From contig CAWAMW010000011.1 in NCBI GenBank assembly GCA_963783305.1, positions 105,318 to 169,317 on the forward strand: a stretch of 64,000 bases of DNA. Reading direction: 5' to 3'. The notes below the pieces were generated by a model, which was not told the DNA's origin, made no database searches, and saw only the letters and a program-made list of their open reading frames with translations. This DNA is from an uncultured Gemmatimonadales bacterium (lineage in GTDB: Bacteria > Gemmatimonadota > Gemmatimonadetes > Longimicrobiales > RSA9). Of this stretch, positions 10,645 through 21,990 are shown one piece after another. The position numbers were made by a program, and so were the translations under genes. Position 1 is the first letter of the stretch; each line of letters begins with the position of its first letter.

Positions 10645-11913
10645 ATGGACGCACTCAGGTCGACCGACCCGGAGATCTTCGATACGGTCGCGAGGGAGGC
10701 CCGTCGTCAGCATGAGACGCTGGAGCTCATCGCGAGCGAGAACTTCACCTCGCCCGCCGTCCTCGAGGCGATGGGCACGGTGCTCACGAACAAGTACGCC
10801 GAGGGGTATCCGGGTCGCCGGTATTACGGCGGCTGTGAGGTGGTGGATGATACCGAGCGGCTCGCCATCGATCGCTGCAAGGCGCTCTTCGGCGCCGAGC
10901 ACGCGAACGTCCAGCCCCATTCCGGGGCTCAGGCCAACATGGCGGCGTACATGGCGCTCATGCAGGCTGGCGACGGATTGCTGGGCATGAGCCTCAGCCA
11001 CGGTGGCCACCTCACCCACGGCTCACCCGTAAATTTCAGCGGGCAGCTGTACGATGTGTCGGCGTATGGCGTGGACGAGGCCACGGGCCGGATCGATTAC
11101 GACCAGGTGCGGGATCTGGCGCGCGAGCGCCGGCCACGGGTGATCGTGGCCGGCGCCAGCGCCTATCCGCGGATCATCGACTTCGAGGCGTTCGGCGAGA
11201 TCGCGCGCGAGGTCGATGCGGCGCTGGTGGTGGACATGGCGCACATCGCCGGCCTCATCGCCGGTGGGGTACACCCGAGTCCCGTGCCCCACGCCGATAT
11301 CGTGACCTCCACGACGCACAAGACCCTGCGCGGACCGCGTGGTGGGATCGCCCTGGCGCGGGAGGACCACGCCAAGGCGCTGGACAAGGCGGTGTTCCCC
11401 GGGATGCAGGGAGGTCCCCTGATGCACGTGATCGCCGCCAAGGCCGTGGCCTTGAAGGAGGCGTCCACCGAGGAGTTCCGCGACTACGCTAGCCGGGTGG
11501 TGGCGAACGCCGCCGCACTGGCGGAAACCATCATGGAGCGTGGCTTCCAGCTCGTGAGCGGCGGGACGGACAACCATCTTCTGCTGCTGGACCTGAGCGA
11601 CAGTGAGCTCACCGGCAAGGCGGCGGAGGCCGCGCTGGAGGCGGCGGGAATCACGACCAACAAGAATACGGTGCCCGGTGAGAAGCGCTCGCCCTTCGTT
11701 ACGTCGGGTGTGCGGATCGGGACGGCCGCGCTGACCACGCGGGGAATGGATGAGGCGGACATGCGGCGGATCGGCAGCTGGATGGCCGATGTGCTGGACG
11801 CCCCGGAGGACGAAGGAGTGCGCCGCAGGGTCAGGGAAGGGATCCGGGAGCTGACCGAGGCCTGGCCTCTCTATCCCGGCTGGCGCGCGGCACATTTCGA
11901 GGCGGCCGGCTGA
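10645..11913 (+). CDS. glyA: Serine hydroxymethyltransferase
   Basis: [33 protein letters not shown]. Confidence 0.98.
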   Translation: MDALRSTDPEIFDTVAREARRQHETLELIASENFTSPAVLEAMGTVLTNKYAEGYPGRRYYGGCEVVDDTERLAIDRCKALFGAEHANVQPHSGAQANMAAYMALMQAGDGLLGMSLSHGGHLTHGSPVNFSGQLYDVSAYGVDEATGRIDYDQVRDLARERRPRVIVAGASAYPRIIDFEAFGEIAREVDAALVVDMAHIAGLIAGGVHPSPVPHADIVTSTTHKTLRGPRGGIALAREDHAKALDKAVFPGMQGGPLMHVIAAKAVALKEASTEEFRDYASRVVANAAALAETIMERGFQLVSGGTDNHLLLLDLSDSELTGKAAEAALEAAGITTNKNTVPGEKRSPFVTSGVRIGTAALTTRGMDEADMRRIGSWMADVLDAPEDEGVRRRVREGIRELTEAWPLYPGWRAAHFEAAG

Positions 11914-11979
11914 CACGTTGCGTCCGGCGCGACCTTCCGCCAAATTTCTGTCGGAGTTTGACTTGCGCCATTGTAGATC

Positions 11980-12363
11980 ATGAACGAGAGCATGGCATTT
12001 GCCGACGAGGTGATCGACCGTCTCCGTGAACGCCACCCGCGTTACCACGAGACGGCCTACCTCTTCATCCTGTCGGCCCTGCACCACGTGCTGGAGCAGC
12101 TCGACCAGCCCCGGCACATCAGCGGGCGGGAGCTCGCCGAGGGCATGCGTGACCTGGCGCTCCGACGCTACGGGCCCATGGCCCGCACCGTTCTGGAGCA
12201 CTGGGGCATCGAGCAGACCGCCGACGTTGGAGCGATCGTGTTCGCTCTCGTGGACGCCGGGATTCTCCTGAAGCAGGACGACGACTCGCCCCATGATTTC
12301 GACTCCCTCTTCGATTTTGAGGAGGAGTTCGAGGAAAACTACCCATGGGGCGCCAGCATCTGA
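11980..12363 (+). CDS. Minf_1886-family conserved protein
   Basis: AYLFILSAL, HISGREL, YGPMARTVLEHWGI, DVGAIVFALV pattern. Confidence 0.75.
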   Translation: MNESMAFADEVIDRLRERHPRYHETAYLFILSALHHVLEQLDQPRHISGRELAEGMRDLALRRYGPMARTVLEHWGIEQTADVGAIVFALVDAGILLKQDDDSPHDFDSLFDFEEEFEENYPWGASI

Positions 12364-12399
12364 TCGGTCGGGGCGTACCAGAGACCCACACGGGAGGGG

Positions 12400-12600
12400 A
12401 TGAAGATGACTGAGGCGAGCTGGCCGGAATGCCAGAAGTGCGACTCGGGACGCATGCTGCCACTTTCGGACTATGGGCGGGAGGGTGCCGCCATTCGCTA
12501 CAAGGCCTGGGTCTGTTCGAACCCGGAGTGCGGCTTCAACATCCGGATCGACAACGGCGAGATCAGCTTCGGGCGCGCCATCGGCCCCAGCTACAAGTAG
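12400..12600 (+). CDS. Small putative zinc-ribbon protein
   Basis: CQKC and CSNPEC cysteine pairs; GGGAGG RBS. Confidence 0.7.
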   Translation: MKMTEASWPECQKCDSGRMLPLSDYGREGAAIRYKAWVCSNPECGFNIRIDNGEISFGRAIGPSYK

Positions 12601-12613
12601 CCCGGGAAGGCTC

Positions 12614-14158
12614 GTGACCCGCTCGGTCTACGGTCGGGAGCACGTCGCCCTCCTCACCGCGGCAGAGTCCGCGGCCCTCGACGAACGGTCCGACCTGGAG
12701 GGCATCCCCGGCCGCGCTCTCATGGAGAACGCCGGCCGGGCAGCTGCGCAGGTGATCGATCGGCTGTACCCGCACGGCCGGATCGTGGCCGTGGTCGGTG
12801 GCGGCAGCAACGGCGGCGACGCCCTCGTCGCGCTCCGCTGCCTCCGGCTCTGGGGCCGCGAGGTGGCCTACCTTCCCCTCGGCTCAGGCGACCCGGATCC
12901 GGACCTCCTCTGCGGCCACCCGCTCGCTCGCATCCCCGACGCACAGATCGACGCGGCCTTCGCCGGCGCCGCGGTCCTGGTCGACGGGATCATGGGCACG
13001 GGCGCCCGCGGCGCGCCCCGCGCCCCCGCCGCGGACATCATCGAGCGCATGAACCGCGCTGGCCCACCGATCGTGGCCCTGGACATCCCGAGTGGCGTGG
13101 ATCCCAGCACCGGAGAGGTCCCGGGCATGGCCGTCGAGGCGGACGTCACCATCATGTTCGGCTGGCCGAAGACGGGGGCGCTCTTCCAGCCGGGTCGCTC
13201 GCTCTGCGGCCGTCTCCTGGCGGTGGAGATCGGGTTCCCTCCGCTGAGGGATGGGCAGGCCGCGGCCGCGCTGATCACGCCCGACTGGGCGCGCGCGCGG
13301 CTCCCCGTCCGGACGCAGGATGCACACAAGAACTCGGTCGGCAGGGTGACCGTGGTGGCAGGGCGGAAGGGAATGGCGGGCGCCGCGGCCATTGCCGCCC
13401 AGTCGGCGATGCGGGCGGGAGCGGGCTACGTGCGCATCGTCACGGAGGAAGCGAACCGCGTGATCGTCCAGGGGGCGGTGCCCGAAGCCATCTTCGTGGA
13501 CCGCTCAGACCAGGGCGCGGTGGTGGGGGCGGTAACGGACTGCGATGCGGTGCTGATGGGGCCCGCCATCGGCACGGGCCCGGACGCGGAGTCACTCTTC
13601 GACACCGTCCTGGATGCCCTCGACGGCCGCGGCTGCGTCCTCGATGCGGATGCCCTCACCATCCTCGCCGGCCGGGGCACGGCCACCATGCACCGCCTGC
13701 CCTCCCGCGCCATCCTCACACCGCACCCGGGCGAGATGCAGCGGCTCACCCAGCGCTCCGCCGATTCCATCAGGACCGACCCCATGGCAGCCGCGCAGTC
13801 CCTCGCCCAAGCCACCGGCGCCGTCGTCCTGCTCAAGGGAGCGCCCTCGGTCGTGGCCGCGCCGGGCGCACCGGTTCTCGTCTCCACCGTGGGGTCCTCC
13901 GATCTGGCCACCGCCGCCATGGGCGATCAGCTCGGAGCGGAGACCGTGGCGTTCCTCGCCGCTGGCGTGCCCGTCGCCGACGCGGCCGGGCTCGCGCTCT
14001 TCTACGGCGGGCGCGCCTCCGAGCTCGCGGACCGCGGGCGGTCGCTCACGCCGCACGATGTAGCCGACGCCCTCGGCTCGGCCTTTGCCGACCCGGGACC
14101 GCCACGCTCTACGCTCCACCTCCCATTCGTGATCTTCGATCAGCCGCCTCGATGGTGA
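12614..14158 (+). CDS. nnr: Bifunctional NAD(P)HX epimerase/dehydratase
   Basis: LMENAG, GSNGGD, DIPSG, LDADAL, LTPHPGEM; GTG start 12614 chosen. Confidence 0.92.
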   Translation: MTRSVYGREHVALLTAAESAALDERSDLEGIPGRALMENAGRAAAQVIDRLYPHGRIVAVVGGGSNGGDALVALRCLRLWGREVAYLPLGSGDPDPDLLCGHPLARIPDAQIDAAFAGAAVLVDGIMGTGARGAPRAPAADIIERMNRAGPPIVALDIPSGVDPSTGEVPGMAVEADVTIMFGWPKTGALFQPGRSLCGRLLAVEIGFPPLRDGQAAAALITPDWARARLPVRTQDAHKNSVGRVTVVAGRKGMAGAAAIAAQSAMRAGAGYVRIVTEEANRVIVQGAVPEAIFVDRSDQGAVVGAVTDCDAVLMGPAIGTGPDAESLFDTVLDALDGRGCVLDADALTILAGRGTATMHRLPSRAILTPHPGEMQRLTQRSADSIRTDPMAAAQSLAQATGAVVLLKGAPSVVAAPGAPVLVSTVGSSDLATAAMGDQLGAETVAFLAAGVPVADAAGLALFYGGRASELADRGRSLTPHDVADALGSAFADPGPPRSTLHLPFVIFDQPPRW

Positions 14159-15113
14159 CACGACTGGCATCCGGTCGCGAGTTCGACCTGATCCGCTCGT
14201 TCCTCGACGGCCTGCCGGCCTCGGGCCCCGGCGTCCGCGTCGGGCCGGGCGATGACTGCGCGGTCGTCACCGGTCAGGGGATCGCGGTCTCCGTGGACAT
14301 GGCCGTGGAGGACGTGCACTTCCGCAGGACGTGGTTGCCCGCCCCCGACATCGGGTATCACGCGACGGCCGGCGCCCTCAGCGACCTCGCCGCGGTGGCG
14401 GCCCGGCCGATCGGGGTCCTGGCCTCACTGGCTCTCGGGCCGGGCGACGAGAACGGACTGGGCCGGCGACTCATGGGCGGCGTGGCCCGCGCCGCCGCCG
14501 ATGCCGGCGGCATCCTTCTGGGGGGGGACCTGACTCGCTCTCCCGGTCCGCTCGTGATCGACATCACCGTGCTCGGCGAGGCCGCCTCCCCGGTCCTCCG
14601 AAGCGGCGCCCGCCCCGGCCACGAACTGTGGGTCACCGGCCGTCTGGGCGGGGCGGCCGCGGCGGTGAAGGCGTGGCTGGCGGACCGTACGCCGGAGCGG
14701 AGCGCCTTCGATGCGTACGCCCTCCCGTCCCCCAGGATCCGCGAGGCGATCTGGCTCGCGGAGCGGGGGATCCCCACGGCCATGGTCGATCTCTCCGATG
14801 GCATTGCCGGCGACGCGGGCCACATCGCCGCCGCCAGCGGCGTGCGCGTAGTGGTGTGGGCGTCGTGGTTGCCGATCGCCAACGCCGCGGCCGGCTCCGA
14901 CGGAGTGACCCTGGCCGCCGCGGGCGGCGAGGACTACGAGCTCTGCTTCACGGCGACTCCCGGGGCGGTGACGGCGGTTCGTGCCGAGTTCCAGACCACA
15001 TTCGGCGTCCCGCTGACGCGGGTGGGCGAGGTGGTGGACGGGACGGGGGCTGTCGTGCTGGACGAAGATGGTGAGCCGTTGGAGCTGGACGCGTTCCAGC
15101 ACTGGAGGAGCCG

Positions 15114-15117
<4 letters not shown>
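14152..15117 (+). CDS. thiL: Thiamine-monophosphate kinase
   Basis: EFDLI, GPGDDCA, LSDLAA, GGD, DLSDG, GGEDYEL. Confidence 0.95.
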
Positions 15118-17537
<2,420 letters not shown>

Positions 17538-17579
17538 CGGGCGCCGCCACCGTCGTATGCTCTACAATGGTGTAACACC

Positions 17580-17629
17580 CCGGAACCGAACCGTAACGCG
17601 TGAGTGACGCGCCGACCCATCTTACACGG
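17580..17629 (+). promoter_or_regulatory. Motif shared by both pilin-like gene upstream regions (copy 1)
   Basis: CCGGAAC-n5-CGTAAC-n6-GTGACG-n8-CATCTT-ACACGG; matches 23764-23814. Confidence 0.6.
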
Positions 17630-17712
17630 CAGCAACGGCGGGGCCGCTCCCCGTCCCATAGTCAGACAGTAAACGTCACCGCGGCCTGCCGCGGGCCACA
17701 CGGAGAGAGAAT

Positions 17713-18399
17713 ATGATGCGCAACGCACTCAGGGCCGGCTTCACGCTGATCGAGCTTCTGGTGACGCTGATCCTGCTGGGCCTCCTGACCGCAGTGGTGT
17801 TCCCGGTGGTCGTGCAGCAGATCGACGACGCCGAGCCCACCAAGGCCGCAAACGATTTTGCCAACATCAAGACCGGGATCGAAGTCTTCCACCTGAACCT
17901 CCGGCCCACCTGGCCGGGCGACCTGGAGGACCTGGTGCACCAGGTGGACGGGACCTTCGACAACGACGTGAACGCGAACAACTTCTCCAACCCGAACAAG
18001 TGGAACGGTCCATACGTCGATGCCGCCGTGGTACTCGGCACTGTTGGGGGGACGGGCGCCCAGGAGACCGGCGCCGCCGTCACGACCGGCTTCGGGATGA
18101 GCATTCTCAACCAGATCGTCTGCTACAATGCGACGGCGAACACCTTCCAGCCCGCCGACGGCACCCAGAGCTGCACGGCCGGAACGGACTTCGTGGCGCT
18201 CCTCGTGGACGGGTCGTTCTCAACCGCGGCTACCACCGACATTCCCAGCGAGTTCACCACGATCGACGAGCTCATCGACAACGAGGCTGACGGCTGGAGC
18301 ACCGGCAAGGTACGCATGGCCAAGGCCACGGGCGCACTGTTTGATGGGACCGGCGCCCCCTCCTACATCGTCTACCTGGTGGCGCCGTACACCAGCTGA
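17713..18399 (+). CDS. Type IV pilin/GspG-like protein 1
   Basis: Class III signal G|FTLIELLV; WNGPY motif; one Cys pair. Confidence 0.88.
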   Translation: MMRNALRAGFTLIELLVTLILLGLLTAVVFPVVVQQIDDAEPTKAANDFANIKTGIEVFHLNLRPTWPGDLEDLVHQVDGTFDNDVNANNFSNPNKWNGPYVDAAVVLGTVGGTGAQETGAAVTTGFGMSILNQIVCYNATANTFQPADGTQSCTAGTDFVALLVDGSFSTAATTDIPSEFTTIDELIDNEADGWSTGKVRMAKATGALFDGTGAPSYIVYLVAPYTS

Positions 18400-18422
18400 T
18401 CCCGAACAGCGGAAACCTGAGA

Positions 18423-18464
18423 GAGGGGCCGGCCGCGATTCGATCGCGGCCGGCCCCTCGTTTT
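18423..18464 (+). terminator. Intrinsic terminator
   Basis: 17-bp stem GAGGGGCCGGCCGCGAT/ATCGCGGCCGGCCCCTC followed by GTTTT. Confidence 0.85.
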
Positions 18465-18478
18465 CACCCCGTCGCCGG

Positions 18479-18506
18479 TTGACACCCCCGCCCTTTTCGA
18501 TAGTTT
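18479..18506 (+). promoter_or_regulatory. Sigma70 promoter of tRNA-Met
   Basis: TTGACA-16 bp-TAGTTT. Confidence 0.7.
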
Positions 18507-18524
18507 TACCCGTCTGGCCAGCAT

Positions 18525-18596
18525 GGCAGGGTAGCTCAATCGGTAGAGCAACGGAATCATAATCCGTGCGTTGGGGGTTCGAGTCCCCCCCTGCTA
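18525..18596 (+). tRNA. tRNA-Met (CAT), probably elongator; CCA not encoded
   Basis: D arm GCTC/GAGC, anticodon arm ACGGA-atCATaa-TCCGT, T loop TTCGAGT; the C-run is one base short for a canonical acceptor stem. Confidence 0.9.
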
Positions 18597-18602
18597 CTGG
18601 AA

Positions 18603-18640
18603 ACAGAAGCGCCCCGGCGGTTTACGCGGGGCGCTTCTGT
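18603..18640 (+). terminator. Hairpin terminator after tRNA-Met
   Basis: 14-bp stem ACAGAAGCGCCCCG/CGGGGCGCTTCTGT. Confidence 0.7.
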
Positions 18641-18868
18641 CGTGTCGGGACTTCATCGCCGCTCCAGCGGCCACGAGTGTCGTGGCAGCGCGACAACGTG
18701 GGGGATCCGTACAGCGACCGCTCAGGACACACCGGCGGCACGACCTTCCCGGAGGCGTTGTCGCAGAGGCATATCCTGCGGACGAGCCGCCCGACCTGGA
18801 TTGGGAACGGTTCTTACAGTGAATGATGGGTCGATCGGTTGTGTTCCTGCCCCCGGGAGAATGGATCG

Positions 18869-19564
18869 ATGCCTATCAGAGCCGCAGCTGCACTCCTCGC
18901 CCTCGCGCTGAGCGCGAACGTCGCCCCCGCCCAGGTCTGGACCGACTGGCTGGTGGAGAGTCCGGGCACCGTGACGGGCGAGATGGTCTTTTCTCAGGTC
19001 GTCGATGTGACATACACCGGGAACCACTATGGGGACCGGACCTACACCGACGATCCCGCGACCCCCTGGAGCTGGAACTACTCGGTCTACGAGATCGCGG
19101 GAGCAGGCAGCCAGCCCCCCACGACGGACCAGATCGGCTTCAGCGCGGCTTCCACGAATCGGCTGGTCTTCTCCCGGCCCGTGGTCGACCCGTTCATCGC
19201 GATCATGAGCCAGGGCCAGAGCGGATTACCCGTCCGCTACACGTTTACCGACCCCTTCACCGTCATCTCCGAAGGGGCCGGCTACTGGGGCGACGGGACG
19301 TACATGACCGACGCCGGCTGCGGCCCGAACGGCGCGTGCGGCTCTCTCAGCAGCTGGATCGAGGGCAGGGAGTTCCACGGCATGATCCAGTTCTCGGGGA
19401 CGTACTCGGAGCTGAACTGGGTTTCCACCGCGGAGAACTGGCACTCGGTCACCGTGGGCGCCCACGGCGTAGTCCCGGAGCCCGCTACCCTGCTTCTGCT
19501 GGGCACCGGCCTGATCGGTTTGGCCGGATTGGCCTGGCGTCGCAAAGAGCGTGACGAGGAGTAG
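18869..19564 (+). CDS. PEP-CTERM sorting domain protein
   Basis: Signal peptide; C-terminal VPEPATLLLLGTGLIGLAGLAWRRK. Confidence 0.9.
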   Translation: MPIRAAAALLALALSANVAPAQVWTDWLVESPGTVTGEMVFSQVVDVTYTGNHYGDRTYTDDPATPWSWNYSVYEIAGAGSQPPTTDQIGFSAASTNRLVFSRPVVDPFIAIMSQGQSGLPVRYTFTDPFTVISEGAGYWGDGTYMTDAGCGPNGACGSLSSWIEGREFHGMIQFSGTYSELNWVSTAENWHSVTVGAHGVVPEPATLLLLGTGLIGLAGLAWRRKERDEE

Positions 19565-19597
19565 CCGGCACGCTTCCTCAGAGCCGGTCCAGGAGGC

Positions 19598-19630
19598 ACG
19601 GGCGCCCTGCTGGGAGGGGCGCCCGTTTTC
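19598..19630 (+). terminator. Intrinsic terminator
   Basis: ACGGGCGCCC/GGGCGCCCGT stem followed by TTT. Confidence 0.7.
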
Positions 19631-19701
19631 CACTCCGTCCGTTCCGGATCGTAGTTGACGGCCGCGGCACCCCCCGCAGCAAACCCCTCGGAGAGAGAAC
19701 T

Positions 19702-20307
19702 ATGACCTGGCTTCGACAATGGCGCGTACTGGTGGCAGCAGTGGCAGCCACGCTGGCGATCGTGAATTCTCCCGCGCGTGCCCAGGTCTTTGTGGGCGAT
19801 CTCGAAGGCGCTCAGGAGGTGCCTTCCAATATCTCGCCCGGAACGGGAACGGCGACGGTCACGCTCAGCGGCGACTTCCTGAACGTCCAGGCCGTGTTTT
19901 CCGACCTCATTGGCACCACGGTGGCGGCGCACATCCACTGCTGCGCTCCGGCGGGCGCCAACGCTGGAGTGGCCAGCCCCGTGCCGAGCTTCCCTGGATT
20001 CCCGCTGGGCGTCACGAGCGGCATATACTCGCAGATCTTCGATCTGAGCCTGGCGAGCGCCTACAATCCTTCCTTCGTCACCGCCCAGGGGGGTCTGGCC
20101 GGAGCCCAGGCCGCATTCGTGGCGGGGCTGATCAGCGGGAACGCCTATTTCAACATTCACACGACCGCGTTCGCGGGTGGTGAGATCCGCGGCCAGCTCC
20201 TCCAGCAGACCACCGTCCCGGAGCCCGCGACACTGGTTCTGCTCCTGACCGGGCTGCTGGGCCTGGGCGTGGCGCGCAGGCGACGCCGGGTTACAGACGA
20301 CGAGTGA
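19702..20307 (+). CDS. CHRD domain PEP-CTERM protein
   Basis: Signal peptide; GAQEVP, AAHIHCC, YFNIHT, GEIRGQL; VPEP-TM-RRRRR tail. Confidence 0.9.
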   Translation: MTWLRQWRVLVAAVAATLAIVNSPARAQVFVGDLEGAQEVPSNISPGTGTATVTLSGDFLNVQAVFSDLIGTTVAAHIHCCAPAGANAGVASPVPSFPGFPLGVTSGIYSQIFDLSLASAYNPSFVTAQGGLAGAQAAFVAGLISGNAYFNIHTTAFAGGEIRGQLLQQTTVPEPATLVLLLTGLLGLGVARRRRRVTDDE

Positions 20308-20443
20308 GGTGGGGCGGCCCGCGAGGTCGCTCCCACGATCGGATCGCGTGGCGGAGGAATCCGTGGCTCTGGGGGAAGCGCTTCGGGTCGGCTCCCCCGA
20401 TGAACCCCGGGGCGTCCGCGTCGGTCCGGCAACGCGCCCGCGC

Positions 20444-21988
20444 TCAGTCCCTGAGCTCCCTGTCGATCCAGCTCATCAGCGCGGCGGCGGCCGCTTCCGA
20501 GTAGAGGACCGGCGTGCCCCCCATCTCGCGGATCCACGCCGCGTCTGCCTCCTCGAATACGCGGACGATAGTCGGCACCCCGCGCGCGTACTCCAGCAGC
20601 CGACGGTTGTCCTCCGGGCGGCGGATCGTTGAGGTGATGATGCGGGCCTCTCGCGCGCGCGCCTCGTGCAGCACCGCGAGGTCGCTGGCGTCCCCGCGGA
20701 TCACGTGGAGATCCGCGTCCCGGAGTCGCGCCACCACGTCGGGGTCGTCATCCACCACCACCACCTCGTAGTCCGCGCCGAGGAGCGTCTCCAGGAGGGG
20801 CATCCCCGTGGCGCCCGACCCGAGCACCAGCACGTGGCCGGTGAGAGGGGGCATGGTGCGCGCCCGGCGCCGCACCGGGTGAAGGTGCATGAGCGCCCAG
20901 GCCACGCGGTCGGTGGCGAGGATGGGCGTCAGCAGCATGGTCAGGAGCGTCATCAGCGCGATCACCGTGAATACGCTCTGGGAGATCTGTCCCTCCATCA
21001 TCCCGTGGAGCCCGACGACCAGCGAGAGCTCACTGGCCTGGGCGAGGAGGAGTCCGGACTCGATGGCCGGCCGCGCCGAGAGCCCCGCGCGCTCGGCGAC
21101 GAGGGTCACGAGCGGAGGGGTCAGCACGATGAGCAGGGCGGCCAGGACCAGGGCCTGGAATATCTCCAGCGAGCTCGGGATCCCGATGAGGGCGCCCAGC
21201 GCCGTGAAGAAGATGGCCGAGAAGAAGTCGCCGATGGACGCCAGCTGCGGCCGGACCAGCGCGTCCACGGGGAACCCGGAGAGCGCCACGCCGGCCAGCA
21301 GTGCGCCCACCACCAGCGGGAGCCCGAGCCAGCCGGCGAGGGCGATGAACACGAACAGGAGCGCGAGCGTGGCGAGCAGGAGGGCCTCGTCGTCGCCGTC
21401 CAGCCGCACGAGCTGCGGCCCGACCCAGCGCCAGGCGGCGGCGGCCAGCAGCAGTAGCGCCGCCACTGATCCGAGCCCGTAGACCAGCGCGCCGGGGCCC
21501 TCGGGTGTCCGGGTCATGAGCGGGATGAGCAAAATGACGAGCAGGTCCTGAAGCAGGAGCACGCCAATGACCAGGCGAGCGAAGGGCTCGAACATGCGCC
21601 GACGTCGCCGCAGCAGCCGCACGACGACGAGGGTGGAGCTGGCGGTGAGGGCCAGCGCCACGTAGGCGGCGCTGAGTGGATCGAGGCCGAGCAGCAGCGC
21701 CACGCCCAGGCCCGCGAGTCCGAGAATCGTGAACTGCACGAGACCTACGCGCAGGGCCGCGTCCCGCTGCCCGCCGGTCCGGCGCGGGCTGAGCTCGATC
21801 CCGGTGATGAAGAGGAGGAACGTGATCCCGAGGATCAGTGCCTCCTCCAGGAACTCGCCGGAGAGGCGGCCGGTCTGCGCGAGCGCCACCCCGGCGAGGA
21901 GGAGGAGCGGGACAGGAGGGGCATGGATCGCCTTGGCGAGGGCGTAGGCGACGGCGGCCGCGGTGAGGAGGAGCGCGATGGCCGTCAT
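20444..21988 (-). CDS. CPA2 cation:proton antiporter with RCK/TrkA-N domain
   Basis: SSTLVV, LLLQD, QASE, multiple TM helices; C-terminal VLVLGSG...GDAS. Confidence 0.88.
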   Translation of the reverse strand: MTAIALLLTAAAVAYALAKAIHAPPVPLLLLAGVALAQTGRLSGEFLEEALILGITFLLFITGIELSPRRTGGQRDAALRVGLVQFTILGLAGLGVALLLGLDPLSAAYVALALTASSTLVVVRLLRRRRRMFEPFARLVIGVLLLQDLLVILLIPLMTRTPEGPGALVYGLGSVAALLLLAAAAWRWVGPQLVRLDGDDEALLLATLALLFVFIALAGWLGLPLVVGALLAGVALSGFPVDALVRPQLASIGDFFSAIFFTALGALIGIPSSLEIFQALVLAALLIVLTPPLVTLVAERAGLSARPAIESGLLLAQASELSLVVGLHGMMEGQISQSVFTVIALMTLLTMLLTPILATDRVAWALMHLHPVRRRARTMPPLTGHVLVLGSGATGMPLLETLLGADYEVVVVDDDPDVVARLRDADLHVIRGDASDLAVLHEARAREARIITSTIRRPEDNRRLLEYARGVPTIVRVFEEADAAWIREMGGTPVLYSEAAAAALMSWIDRELRD

Positions 21989-21990
21989 GC

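Noticed and set aside
17630..17712. c-di-GMP or other riboswitch in the pilin leader
   Set aside because: Only short GC hairpins and no aptamer consensus I recognise; an Rfam/Infernal scan would settle it
18803..18818. Sigma54 promoter before the PEP-CTERM gene (GGGAACGGTTCTTACA)
   Set aside because: The near-invariant -12 GC is AC here, so the match is too weak to call
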